DNA of 20,000 nucleotides from Peribolospora baueri. Taxonomy: Eukaryota. The notes under the pieces are model-generated. The model searched no databases and was not told the DNA's origin. It saw only the letters and a list, made by a program, of their open reading frames with translations. Positions within the stretch are counted from its first letter, which is position 1. Each line of letters opens with the position of its first letter. Location of the stretch: assembly GCA_029717555.1 (NCBI GenBank), contig JAMDHS010000002.1, forward strand, positions 552,512 to 572,511. Reading direction: 5' to 3'. Of the stretch, positions 10,191-20,000 are shown piece after piece. A program made the translations under genes and the position numbers.

Positions 10191-13100
10191 CTATCCGTAA
10201 TGGGGCCGCGGCTGACCAGTAGCCATGTACCCTTGAGAGGAGACAGATGGTTGGGATGGCGCCAACGGCGGCGTCAGAAACCCATAGGACGGTGCCGAGG
10301 TCGGAGGCATATAGAGCGGCGCGGCGGTGGCGTCGTCAAAGGACATGTACTCGCTCGCCGTCGCTTCGAGCTCGTCGGCTTGGGAGTAGCACTCCTCGTA
10401 GGACATTCCGTACTGCCGGAGACCTGCGGGTGGACCGGACGGGGCAGGGAAAAGGGGGTGGGGGGCGAGAGCGACGATCCGGTGAGTGGTCGGTCGTTGG
10501 GTGAGGAAATAAAGGGAGAGGACGAGCGCGCTCACCATCGATGAGGCTAGACACTTCTATCCTTTTGAAATGCACGAGGACCCTACGTCGCGCGGTGCGA
10601 AGCGAAGAACAAGGAACAAAAAAAAAGGCGGAGGTCAGTGGGGAAGACGTGGTGGGTACGTGGGGTCGCCGCCAGCGACGGACGGGTTGAGCGGGGAAGG
10701 CGGAACGGAACGCACCTGCCAGCCTGAAAGAGGCCGAAATGCATGACGTTGGGATCGAGTCGGAGATAGCCGTTGGCGGTCAACACGGACGCGAGAGCGG
10801 CGATGCGAAGCGAACCGGCCAAGACCTCGTCGTCGATCTTGGCCTTGACGGCCTCGGCGGACGCGAGTACGTCGTTGGACGCTCCCTGACGCGCTTCTCG
10901 GATGCCAAACTCGCTGACGGCTTGCCAAAGCAAGATCCACACGACCTGTGCATGAGTGCGCAAGGAAAGACGAGGGGCCCGTCCAGGTCAATCAGTCAAC
11001 TCGGAGCCCCACGGACGCGGACGGGGCGACGGGACTCACGTGAAAGTTAATGTCCGAAGAGCACGCGGTGACCGCGGCGATAAAGTCCCAGTGGGCGGGC
11101 CAAGTAGGGGTGGGCACGCCGACCTTGCGGAGGTGTAGCTCGCGCCAGCGGATCGTCTGGCCGATGAGCGCCCTGAGCGGCTCGAGGGCGATGCCGGAGG
11201 ATTCCGCGCGCGGGGTCCAGAGGACCTGGCAAGCGTGGCGGAGGACGACGGCGAGGTCGTGTGCGGATTGGTACCAGATCCTAAACCGGAGAGGGGTTCC
11301 ATCGATGGAGGGGTCAGACAGAGATGAACGAACGCAGTCCGTCGCGCGCCACGAAGCGACTCCGCGCTCACATGTATTGATCGGCCGAGCCGAGAGGGTG
11401 AGGAGCCTCGAGGCTCGAGTTGGGGTCTCCGGACGGCGGCTCGACATCGTAGTCCTCCTCGGATCTGATCGAAAAGGAGAGAGCGGCGGGAAGGAAGGGC
11501 GGCGCATCAGGGGCGTGCATGCGCGTGACCAGAAAGAACGAGGGCGGGCGCGCCGGTCGACATACTCACATCAACGACTTGCGTCTGGCGATGGCAGCAG
11601 AATGGGCGTCGCCGAGCTGTCGATCGAAAGGAAAAGGCAAGAAGAAAGAGAAAGGAATGATGAGCGTTTGAAGCCGCATCATCGATCGGGATCGACGGCC
11701 GTCGGGCGGACATGACGGAAAAATGCGGCAGAAAGGGCTCACACATGCGATCCACCAAGTGAACAGCGTCTCGGCTCTCGTCCGCGGATCGTCGACGAGG
11801 TCGTGCAAGGTGCCGCGCTTGTGAACCTTCAACTCGAACAGATGGCGCACCGCGACGGTGTGCCAGAACGAGCAGAGGGCTGTCGGCGGCAAGGCGAGGC
11901 GAGACGAGGCGAGACGAGACGAGCGAGGAGTGAGACGAGAGACGTCGACGAACGGTCAGCGGCACACGGACGGCAGGAAGAATAATGGGGGTTAGGTAGG
12001 GAAGGGCTCACAATTCGGCTGTGCCTCCTCCTCTGTGAAGGGGAATGCACAAAACGACGCGACGCGACACGAAACGACGCGACGCGACACGAAACGACGC
12101 GACACAAACGACGCAACACGAAACGACACGACACGACACGACATGCGACCGTAAAGGGAAAGCGAGAGGCGGGGAGGTGTGAGCAGTGCGGCGCGACCCG
12201 GGGCTCGATGGAAGGACGTCTAAAAGAACGGGTGGGGCTCACGAGGGAAGAGGGGCTCCATGAGGAGCGCCGCCTGTACGTTCTCGATGCTAGCCACGCG
12301 ATGGGCCTTGTTGTGATCGAGGACCTCCTGGGCCTTGACGACGAGCTCGTCGGCGATCCGGCTCCTCCCCTTGGCCTTTACCTCGTCCATATCGCCACTG
12401 CCACCAACACCGCCACCACTCGCCCCTCCTCCTCCTCCTCCTCCTCCTCCTCCTCCTCCGCTGCCGCCGCCGCCGCCGCCAGGATCAAAGCCGCCACCGG
12501 CACCGCCGATGCCGATGTCGACGCCCTGCAGGTGGTGTTGCTGCTTCTGCATCTTGGCCCGTAGCGTCTGCCTCTCAGCGAGCCTGCGGTGGTGCTTGTC
12601 AGCGTTCTCCATCCTATCGGCCACGATAATCGGGTTCTCGCTAAACTTGGCTCCCCAGGCAATGACGACGGCCAGGAGGACGTCTGGTGGGGGTCCGTCG
12701 GGACCGTGAAGGTGGTATCGAGAACGAAAGGTGGCGGGATTGAGGATGGGCATGCGGATGTGAACGATGGAGAAAAAGGTACCGATGAGGTCCGAGACAA
12801 ACTCGGCGCGGACGTTGGCGTTGGCCAAGCGCGCCTCGGCGGCGGTGACGGGCGTGATGGACGGTGGGTTGGGACGGCCGTTGGGGAGGGAGGAGGAAGA
12901 GCCTAGTGGAGAGGAGATGGTGGGGGATGGGTCACGAGGACGATATTCACCGCCGCGGGTGAAGACAAACTCCAACAGCGAGCCTGGGTGCGAGCCTTTT
13001 CCGTCCCGCGAGTCGCCTTTGCTGTAATCGGGGAAGGAGCGAGCGAAAAGGAGAAAAAAAAAAAGGGCAGAGTTCGAAAAAAGGTCAAATTGTATTCGGA

Positions 13101-14489
13101 GACAGACGCGGGCAGCGCGACGAAAAATAGGCTCACCGGTCATCGTCCTTAGCCTTGGACCTCTTAGGCGGTCGTTTAGTCGAGTTGGTAGCGAGAGTGA
13201 CATAGTACGTCCTGGCGAGGCGGTTGGGAAATCGGAAACCGGAGAACAAAAAGGGCGGGTGTGAGCTGGATGACAAGACAAGGGATCGTCGATACGAGGG
13301 CCGGACTCACGTGCAGTCGATGCCTTTGGACTTGCAGTGGGCGCACTGAAGGGGGGCGGGAAATGGGGGAGTGAGAAACCGTCCATCCATCCATCCGTCC
13401 GAGCAGTTCGAAGCAGACCGCCCTAGAAAACAAAAACAATACAAAACAAAAAACAAAAGAAAGAAAGAAAAAACTCACCTTTTTCTCGCCCACCAACTTG
13501 TGACACCGAACCTTCCTGCTCCTACAAGCGTCGCACGCGCTGTTCTGTTTTCTTGCCGCGCCGCCGCTGCTGCTGCCCATCGTGCTCGTGCTGAGGGAGG
13601 CGAGTGCGCCGCCGGAAGGGCTTGAGCTGGGACCCGCGCCAAGGCCGCCGGAGGAAGAGTGGGAGTGATGATGATGCGCGTGCGACTGCGCGTGCGACTG
13701 CGGGTGTGGATAGCGGTGCTGCTGAGGGGTCATGGGCCCCGCGCCGCTGCCCGCCGCCGCCGCGGCTTGTACGATACCGGGGCCTGGACCTGGAAGAGGG
13801 TTTGACGACGTGGCGATACCTGCGAGACCACCTCCGCCGCCGACGCCAACACCACCGCTAGCGCCACCGCTCAAGGAGGGGTGCATGGCATGTCGGACGG
13901 CCGTAGGAGCGGCAGTTGTCAAACCCGACGGGTTGACGTTGGTGGAGATGTGGGAAGAGGAGGCGGAGGTGGAGGCGTGTCGTGCGTGCTGCATGGACGA
14001 GCCCGTCGCGGCACTTCCTCCGTTGGGGGGAAAGTCCGGAGGCGGGCCGACGGGATCCGGGTAGCCGCCGCCGGCGCCGGCGCCGACGAGGGCGGGACCG
14101 TCGGCAAAGCCGGACAGGCCTCCGACGGCGTCCAAATCCGAAGGACCTTGGTCGGTGCGAAAAGACGACGGAGCGTGGTGAGAGGTCGGCGGAGGGGCAT
14201 AGGCGACATGGTGATGTGGATGTTGCTGTTGTTGTTGCTGCTGGTGATGGTGCTGTTGATGTAGTTGTTGCGGCGACGGCGACGGCGGCGGATGTTGTTG
14301 TTGCTGTTGCTGCTGCTGCTGATGAGAGTACGGCGGCAAGTAGTGGTGGACAGAGGGTAGATATTGTGGTTGTTGCACAGAGCCGTCGTGGGCGGGCTGG
14401 GTTTGGTGATGCGAGTGAGGATGGTAGTGAGAGGGGTAGAGAGCGCTCTGGGACGGCCCACCGGGCTGAGACGAGTGCTGCTGTTGCAT
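10191..14489 (-). CDS. Zn(II)2Cys6 (GAL4-type zinc cluster) fungal transcription factor with a middle-homology region; 12 exons, ~982 aa
   Basis: Manual model: complement(join(10191..10423,10536..10582,10716..10945,11040..11280,11372..11464,11570..11616,11743..11879,12012..12032,12243..13021,13137..13211,13311..13345,13479..14489)) = 2949 nt, divisible by 3, all GT..AG. The spliced cluster CDACRSRKVRCHKLVGEKK|CAHCKSKGIDC is CX2CX6CX8CX2CX6C. MHR-like motifs: 'LIGTFFSIVHIRMPIL', 'LLAVVIAWGAKFS', 'SIENVQAALL', 'TWWIACLGD'. Stop TAG at 10191-10193 is followed by TAA. Confidence 0.9.
11891..11945. repeat. Intronic pentanucleotide repeat (GCGAG/ACGAG)n
   Basis: 'aaggcgaggcgagacgaggcgagacgagacgagcgaggagtgagacgagagacg' inside TF intron 11880..12011. 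Confidence 0.8.
12053..12143. repeat. Intronic compound repeat of ACGAC/GCGAC/ACGAA pentamers with a ~20-bp higher-order unit
   Basis: 'gacgcgacacgaaacgacgc' repeated in tandem (12061-12100), then (acgac)n, inside TF intron 12033..12242. Confidence 0.85.
12425..12480 (-). repeat. Coding trinucleotide repeats (GGA)n/(GGC)n encoding poly-Gly in the TF
   Basis: Plus-strand (cct)n then (gcc)n; translates in the TF frame as GGGGGGSGGGGGGGGGGGG. Confidence 0.9.
14220..14322 (-). repeat. Coding CAG/CAA-rich repeats encoding polyQ/His tracts in the TF N-terminus
   Basis: Plus-strand (tgc/tgt)n runs; protein HQQQQQQQQQHPPPSPSPQQLHQQHHHQQQQQQQH. Confidence 0.85.
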
Positions 14490-14679
14490 GAGAGGCCGAG
14501 GAGTGGCGGCGTGGGCCTGCCTGCCGATTGGTGATTGTGGTCGTCGTCGTCGTCCGTCCTAGCGGTCCCGGTCGCGATAACGAGCGGGCTCGGGGCCGAA
14601 TGAAGACGGAGGGGAAGGTGACGCGGATGGCGGCTGGTGAGTGGGAGACGCGACGCGATCAACAACAGGTCCAGGTCGG

Positions 14680-14753
14680 CAGCGAGCGAGAGAGAGCGAG
14701 TTTATGGAAGGGAAGGAGGATATGGGCCAATGGAAGCGGGCTCACTGAGCCCG
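14680..14753 (-). promoter_or_regulatory. Putative proximal promoter of the TF: CGG-N11-CCG palindrome, CCAAT box, CATAAA, CT-rich stretch
   Basis: cgggctcactgagcccg at 14737-14753, ccaat at 14727-14731, minus-strand cataaa at 14701-14706, minus-strand ctcgctctctctcgctcgc at 14682-14700; ~190-260 nt upstream of the ATG. Confidence 0.45.
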
Positions 14754-14904
14754 ATGGTCGTCGGTCGTCGCCGGTCGTCGTCGGTCGTCGAACGATGGAA
14801 ACGGTCAGCGAGAGCACCGGCACCGAAAATGGGCTCGGGCTGTCGGAGAGAGAAAAAAAAAGACAGAGAGAGGGAGAGAAAGACAAAAAGATGGAGCGGA
14901 TCCC

Positions 14905-14920
14905 GGGGGGGGGGGGGGGG
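14905..14920 (+). repeat. G16 homopolymer
   Basis: 16 consecutive G within a purine-rich tract. Confidence 0.95.
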
Positions 14921-15189
14921 AAGAGGGAAAGGGCGGACGAGGTCGGAAAAGAAGGAAGGAGAAGGGGGAAGGAGAAAGAGAAGGAGAGGGGAGGGTAATA
15001 GATACGAGGAGTATGCCGAGCGAGCAAGGTACGAGGATATGCGGACGAGGTTAGGCACAATTCCGATGACGGATCGGGGGATCGGATTCGACAGAGACGG
15101 GGCGGGCGTCCGGTTCCGTCACCGCGCGTCGCGTCGGTCGCAAGCGAGCGCCGGCTGGCGAGTGGCCCTTATGGGGGCAAAGGGGAGAG

Positions 15190-15236
15190 GGAAGGAAGGA
15201 AGGAAGGAAGGAAGGAAGGAAGGAAGGAAGGAAGGA
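15190..15236. repeat. (GGAA)11 microsatellite
   Basis: Perfect tetranucleotide run. Confidence 0.95.
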
Positions 15237-15714
15237 GAAAGGGATGGGGAGGACACGACGACACGGCACGCTCGGCAGGACGGCGTGGGCGGGTTTCAGA
15301 TGTGAAACGAATGAGCGGGGCCAATGGGGTGGAAGAGGAAGCGAGGGCGGAGGGGAGATGTGGAGGGGATGGAGAAGGAACGATGGGAAGGAGGTTTGTA
15401 AAAGAGGTAGGAGGCGAGGAACAAGAAAAGAAGCGAAGAGAGACAGACGTCCGGCGGTGCGTCGTTGGGGCCGTTCGTTCAATTCGTTCGTGAGGCGGCG
15501 AGAAGAGGGCGTCGTCGTCGAGGAGGCGATGGGATGTTGACGCAACCGAGTTTGTCGGGTCTGACTGGGGTTCGGTTGGAAGGGAGGTGGGAGAGAGAGG
15601 GAGGGAGGGGCGTAAGCGGGAGGGGAAAGAGAGAGAAAGGAGAAGAGATAGGGGGCCCGCGCCGAGCGAGCGCAATAAAGAAAGAAGGGATGGGGGCGAA
15701 GGAGGCGAAGGAAG

Positions 15715-15757
15715 AGGAGGCGGAGGAGGCGGAGGAGGCGGAGGAGGAGGAGGAGGA
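15715..15757. repeat. (GGA/GGC)n trinucleotide repeat, non-coding
   Basis: gaggaggcggaggaggcggaggaggcggaggaggaggaggagga. Confidence 0.85.
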
Positions 15758-18475
15758 TGGCGACGAACGATGACGAGGATGGCGGGTCCGTCCGTCCCCC
15801 CTCCCTCCCTCCGTCCCTCCCTTCCTCCGTCGTCGGTTCGTCCGTCTGTCTGTCTCGTCTGCTGATCCTGCTGGCGGGCGGGCCCGTGTGGAGGGAGCGT
15901 ACTCACGGTGCGTGGGTGGGCGCCGTGGCTAGCGGTGTGAGCCGGCTCCGGCTCCGAGCGGGTCGGTCGGTCGAGCTGGCGGAGCGAGCGATACGAGTCG
16001 TCGCGAGACGAGAAGAAAGGAGACGGACGCGGTGGGACGGAGGGAGGGAGGGACGAAGAGGCGAGTGGGATCGCGTCGAACCGAATCGGGTGTTGTGTTG
16101 TGCGGCCGGGATGGGCTGGGCTAGTCGAGGGAAGGAATGGATGGATCGGGAGGGGCGGCTGGGGGAAAGAGGAAGGAAGCGGGAGTGGCGGCCCTGCCGT
16201 GCACTACAGGATCGAATCGGGGAACCTGGTCCACTACTCCCTCGTGGATCTTGCAGCTCTTAAGACTGTTTCGGGCGGCGACAGCGGGCGGAGTTGGGAC
16301 GACGACATCGAGAGTCCGACGCGACGAATCGAATCGGCGTCGGCGGCAGCAGCACGTAGCAGCAGCACGGAGAGCAGCAGGTCGCTCGCCACCGCGCCCG
16401 ATCGATCGACCTCGATCGGCGTCCGCTGGACGACGACGACGCTGTGCTGGTGACGGTGCTGGCTGTGCTGGCTGGAATGCGCAGGTGTGGGAGCCGGAGG
16501 GTGGAGGCGTACATAGCCACGAACCATGAACGACCAGCGCAGGCGCAGGCGGGCGTGTGTGAGTGGGCAGGCTGGCAGGCGGGCAGGCGGATCGGGAGAT
16601 GGACCGGAGGGAGGAAGGGAATGGGGCAAGACGGGCCGACGCCGACGTCGGATCGAGGAGACGACGGAGAACGACAGTCAGGCTGGCAGGGCACGGAGAC
16701 GAACACGGAGACGGAGACGGAAACGGAAACGAATCGGATGCTTGCACAGGATGGCGCCGGCGGCAATTATTTAGGCGACTATACGCGACTATGGGGCCGA
16801 TTTACGACCCACTAGGCTGACCATCGACACTAGGCGCGGCGAGCCGACCCGACGCCGCGTCCCTCCGTCCGTCGGTCAGTCGTCGGTCGGTCAGTCGTCG
16901 GACGGTCGAACGGATGCTGCCGCGGGCCGTCCCCGTCCCCATCTCGTACCTCGTCCAGCCGACTCGTGCAGTACACTCCGGCGTCGACCAATGATGGCTC
17001 CGAGCGCGGAACCGGTTCGGACAGGCACCGACACGATACCACACCCGCACACACGGAGACGCGACCGACCGACGGACGCGGGAACGTGGCGGGACGCAAC
17101 GTCGACGTCGGAGAGCAAGGCGGAAGCGACGGCGGCGGGCGAGAAGCGATACGATGCGACGCGACGGGAAGAAGGGAGACAGGTCGGACGACGGAGGGGG
17201 TCGAGACGACGGACGCGGGTGGGGACGAGAAAGAGGACGACGATGACGACGACGACGACGACGCGGTCAGCGCTGCTCGCAGGTACGTACGTCGTCCGTC
17301 GGTCAGTCGGTCAGTCGGCCTCTGCGCGCCTCTAAGCAGATACTGTACCGAGAGCGAGCGGTGGCGTGACATCGACGGGAGAGCGAATGGATGAACCAAG
17401 GCATTGCTTGTCTCCTCCTGTCTGTCTGTCTGTCCGTCTCCCTGGGCCGGCCCCCTTGCCCGATCGATCGATCGGCCGCGCGGATGAAATGGAATGCGTT
17501 GGGATGGGATGGGCCGCGGAGGGAGAGGGAAGGAGCGGGCGGACTGACTAGTCAGTTACAGCCGACGGAGGCGGTGTATAGGCGGCAAGGCAAGCAAGGG
17601 ACGGAAGAAAGTGGGGATCGGGCGAACGAGCGAGCGAACGACCAACGAACGTGGGAGCGAGCGACGGGGAAGCGATGCAGCAAGCAAGCCAGCAAGCCAA
17701 TCGGGATCGCACTAGGAACCTTGTTCCGGCCTCGGCGGTCGTAACTTTGTTTCGTCAGCCGCCTTCAATTCGTCGTCCGTCGCGCGCGGGCGGGCGGGGG
17801 CAGTATGTAGGGCGCGCTCGGGAGCGGAAAGAAACCAAGTCGAGTCGGCGCGCCGGCGGGCGGGCGCGGGAGGGAAGCAAGGGAGCAAGGAAGGAGCAAG
17901 GAAGGAGGGAGGGGAGGAAGCAAGCAAGGAAGGCAGGAAATGGAAATCGACTGGACGACTGGATTGGCGCGCTGAGCTTCGAGGCAACCGGGATCGGCAG
18001 GCGGAGGAGGATCGGGCGAGTGCAGCGCCGGTTCCTCTCTCGCACCCGTCCGTCGTCCGTCGTCCTTTCTCATTTCGACTTGTTTCCTCGCTCCCTAACC
18101 CTCCTCATCTTCTTCGCTCCCTCCTCCTTCTCCCTTACCCTTCTTCCTCGCCCTAACCCGATCCCACACTGCCCGCACCCGACCTGGCTCCTTTCTGCTC
18201 CGCCCGCCCCCCGCCCGCACGCCTCCTCTCGCCCTCCTCGCTACGATGCTTCGCTTCTTTCTTTCTTTCCTTCCTTCCTCGCCCGCCCCTTCTCCGTGCG
18301 TACATATACCCTCCTACATACATACACTCCTACATACATAGATATCTACGTACTTGACCCGCGTCCGACAATCGTGCCTCACCCCAAACAACCGGATCGG
18401 TCTAGTCCGCTTCCCTTACCTCCTTTCTTTCTTCCTTTCTTCTCACCTCGCCTCGTCCATTCACCATCCATCCAA

Positions 18476-18616
18476 GAATGCGAATGGCATGCGAATGGCA
18501 TGCGAACGGAGATGCGAGATGCGAGTTGCGAGTTGCGTGATGCGAGATGCATGACGCGAATGCAAGATGCACGAAGCTTAATGCAAATGCGAATGCAAGA
18601 TGCGTCATGCGCATGC
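18476..18616. repeat. Degenerate 6-7-mer array built on ATGC(G/A)A
   Basis: I count 15 ATGC plus 2 TTGCG cores in ~140 nt (gatgcga, aatgcaa, catgcga). Confidence 0.85.
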
Positions 18617-19470
18617 CCGATCCGACCATCTGTCTATTCTTCCCTTTCTCCACCCAACGTTGCGGGACGCAGGCAGTGTCGATGACGATCTCTCGTCCGA
18701 GTGGCCACCCGATCGGACCGACAGACCGTCGCAAGGCTTGCACGACGACGACGACCGGCCCCAGTGAGATAGTGGACGTAGACAGCCAGCCATCCAGCGT
18801 ACCACACCGCCCCCGATGCGCGTCCACGTCTCTCCTCTGGCATGCGTCTCGCCAGCAGCGCGCCGCCGCCGCCGTCGTCCCAAAATCGGTCCGTCTCCTC
18901 GTCTCGCCCTCACTCCCCCGACGTTCGCCCACCCCGTTGTCGCACCGCACCGCATCGCCCTTGCTCTCTCCCCGTTCTCTTTGCTTTCTTTCTTTCTACC
19001 CGCCGTTTCACCGCTTTGCTTCCGCACACCACGCACACGGCTCCCGCAGCACACTGTGGGCCTGCCGACGTCATCGTCGTCGGTGTCAGTGTCGGTCTTC
19101 GACGCTGACGACGGAGAAAGGAATGGCAAGACGGTGGGTGGGACGAAGGTGAGGTCAGGTCGGAATGCCTCCCCGAGCCGTCTTCCGGCTTCCCACTCCG
19201 ATTCCAACGTCCCACGCCCGACGAATCGACGTTGGGTCGCGGGAGGCCCGCGTCGGCAGGCACGACAGATTGCGCACCCATCGATGCCATCATCCATGAG
19301 CGCATCGTCCCGTCCGCGAGAAAAGAAATAAGCGTTAGCCGACGAGAGTGGGCGGGAACGAGGGAGGGAAGCGAAAGAAAAGAAAAAGAAAGGGCGAAGG
19401 AAAGTAGAGGAAAATGGGAATGGGCGGCTGTGGCGTGTTGTGCTTTCCTCGTCGCCTCGCCCCAAGGCGT

Positions 19471-19556
19471 CTCGACTCGACTCAACGGGTCGTTCGACTC
19501 GACTCGTTCGACTACGACGGGTCGTTCGACTCAAGTCGACTCAACTCGAGCGAGTC
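19471..19556. repeat. Degenerate (TCGAC)n pentamer repeat with a duplicated acgggtcgttcgactc
   Basis: ctcgactcgactcaacgggtcgttcgactcgactcgttcgactacgacgggtcgttcgactcaagtcgactcaactcgag. Confidence 0.8.
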
Positions 19557-19972
19557 GTGCGCTCCGTCCGACACGACACGCCCGACTTAACTCCTCTCCT
19601 CCTCGCGGAGCGGCTTCAAGTCGGCTCGCTCGGCCGGGGCCCGACCATGCCGGCCGGATGTGAGCGTCGAGCCGACGACTCACCTCCCTCCAACCGAGCC
19701 GGCCCACCGCCGCCTTGGATCCGCCGCGGAGCAGGAAAAAGCGGACCATCGCACCATCCATCCATCATTCATCATTCTCTTTGGCCCCAACGAGCACCAT
19801 GCGCTCTCCACGTCCGGCCTCTTTTAATGGATCACCAAAGCAGCCAGCGCGATTCGCACCACACTTCTGTCGCCCGCCGCGCCCTTTGCTCGCGGACACG
19901 GACTGGTGTGACACGCGACCGAGCCGAGAAGGCTCGCTCGATCGTTCGATGTAGAACGCTTAAATAGGCAGG

Positions 19973-20000
19973 AAAAAAAAAAAAAAAAAAAAAAAAAAAA
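19973..20000 (+). repeat. Poly(A) tract of at least 28 nt, running off the window edge
   Basis: Directly visible. Confidence 0.95.

Noticed and set aside
12903..12950. Possible extra 48-nt in-frame intron (GTGAAT..CTAG) in TF exon 4
   Set aside because: Shorter than every other intron in the window (71-210 nt) and the frame is open without it, so it was left as exon pending RNA-seq.
983..14489. The three genes as one functional cluster (transporter, TF and effector)
   Set aside because: No shared pathway is evident and adjacency alone is not evidence; synteny and co-expression data would be needed.
18476..19556. CRISPR-like reading of the spaced repeat arrays
   Set aside because: Units are 5-7 nt with no 23-47 nt repeats, unique spacers or cas genes, and the context is eukaryotic.
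14490..20000. Dozens of 60-344 aa ORFs on both strands (e.g. 17651..18685, 18605..19534, 15169..15906)
   Set aside because: They are low-complexity R/G/P/S translations of GC-rich microsatellites, often with non-ATG starts, and show no domain motif or coherent exon chain.

Overview
Eukaryotic, intron-rich DNA that reads like a basidiomycete yeast or fungus: ~90-210 nt GT-AG introns, mostly with GTGAG donors, and CTRAC-like branch points. The ORF track is fragmented by introns, but three complete spliced genes can be assembled by hand with consistent exon phases. (1) A minus-strand APC-superfamily amino-acid permease (4254->983, 9 exons, ~789 aa). (2) A divergently transcribed plus-strand protein (4600->9155, 7 exons, ~1311 aa) with a long disordered region, a capping-protein-interaction (CPI)-like motif formed only after splicing, and three C-terminal gelsolin/villin-like repeats. 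(3) A convergent minus-strand Zn(II)2Cys6 transcription factor (14489->10191, 12 exons, ~982 aa) with polyQ/H and polyG tracts and a 21-nt microexon. The last ~5.5 kb has no credible CDS. It is CpG- and microsatellite-rich, and contains a perfect CGG-N11-CCG palindrome beside a CCAAT box, a ~1.8 kb stretch with no minus-strand ATG, an ATGC-motif array and a terminal poly(A). I see no prokaryotic-type system (CRISPR, phage, IS) and no evidence of a wholly new multi-gene system. The best leads are the CPI+gelsolin actin regulator and the upstream region of the transcription factor.
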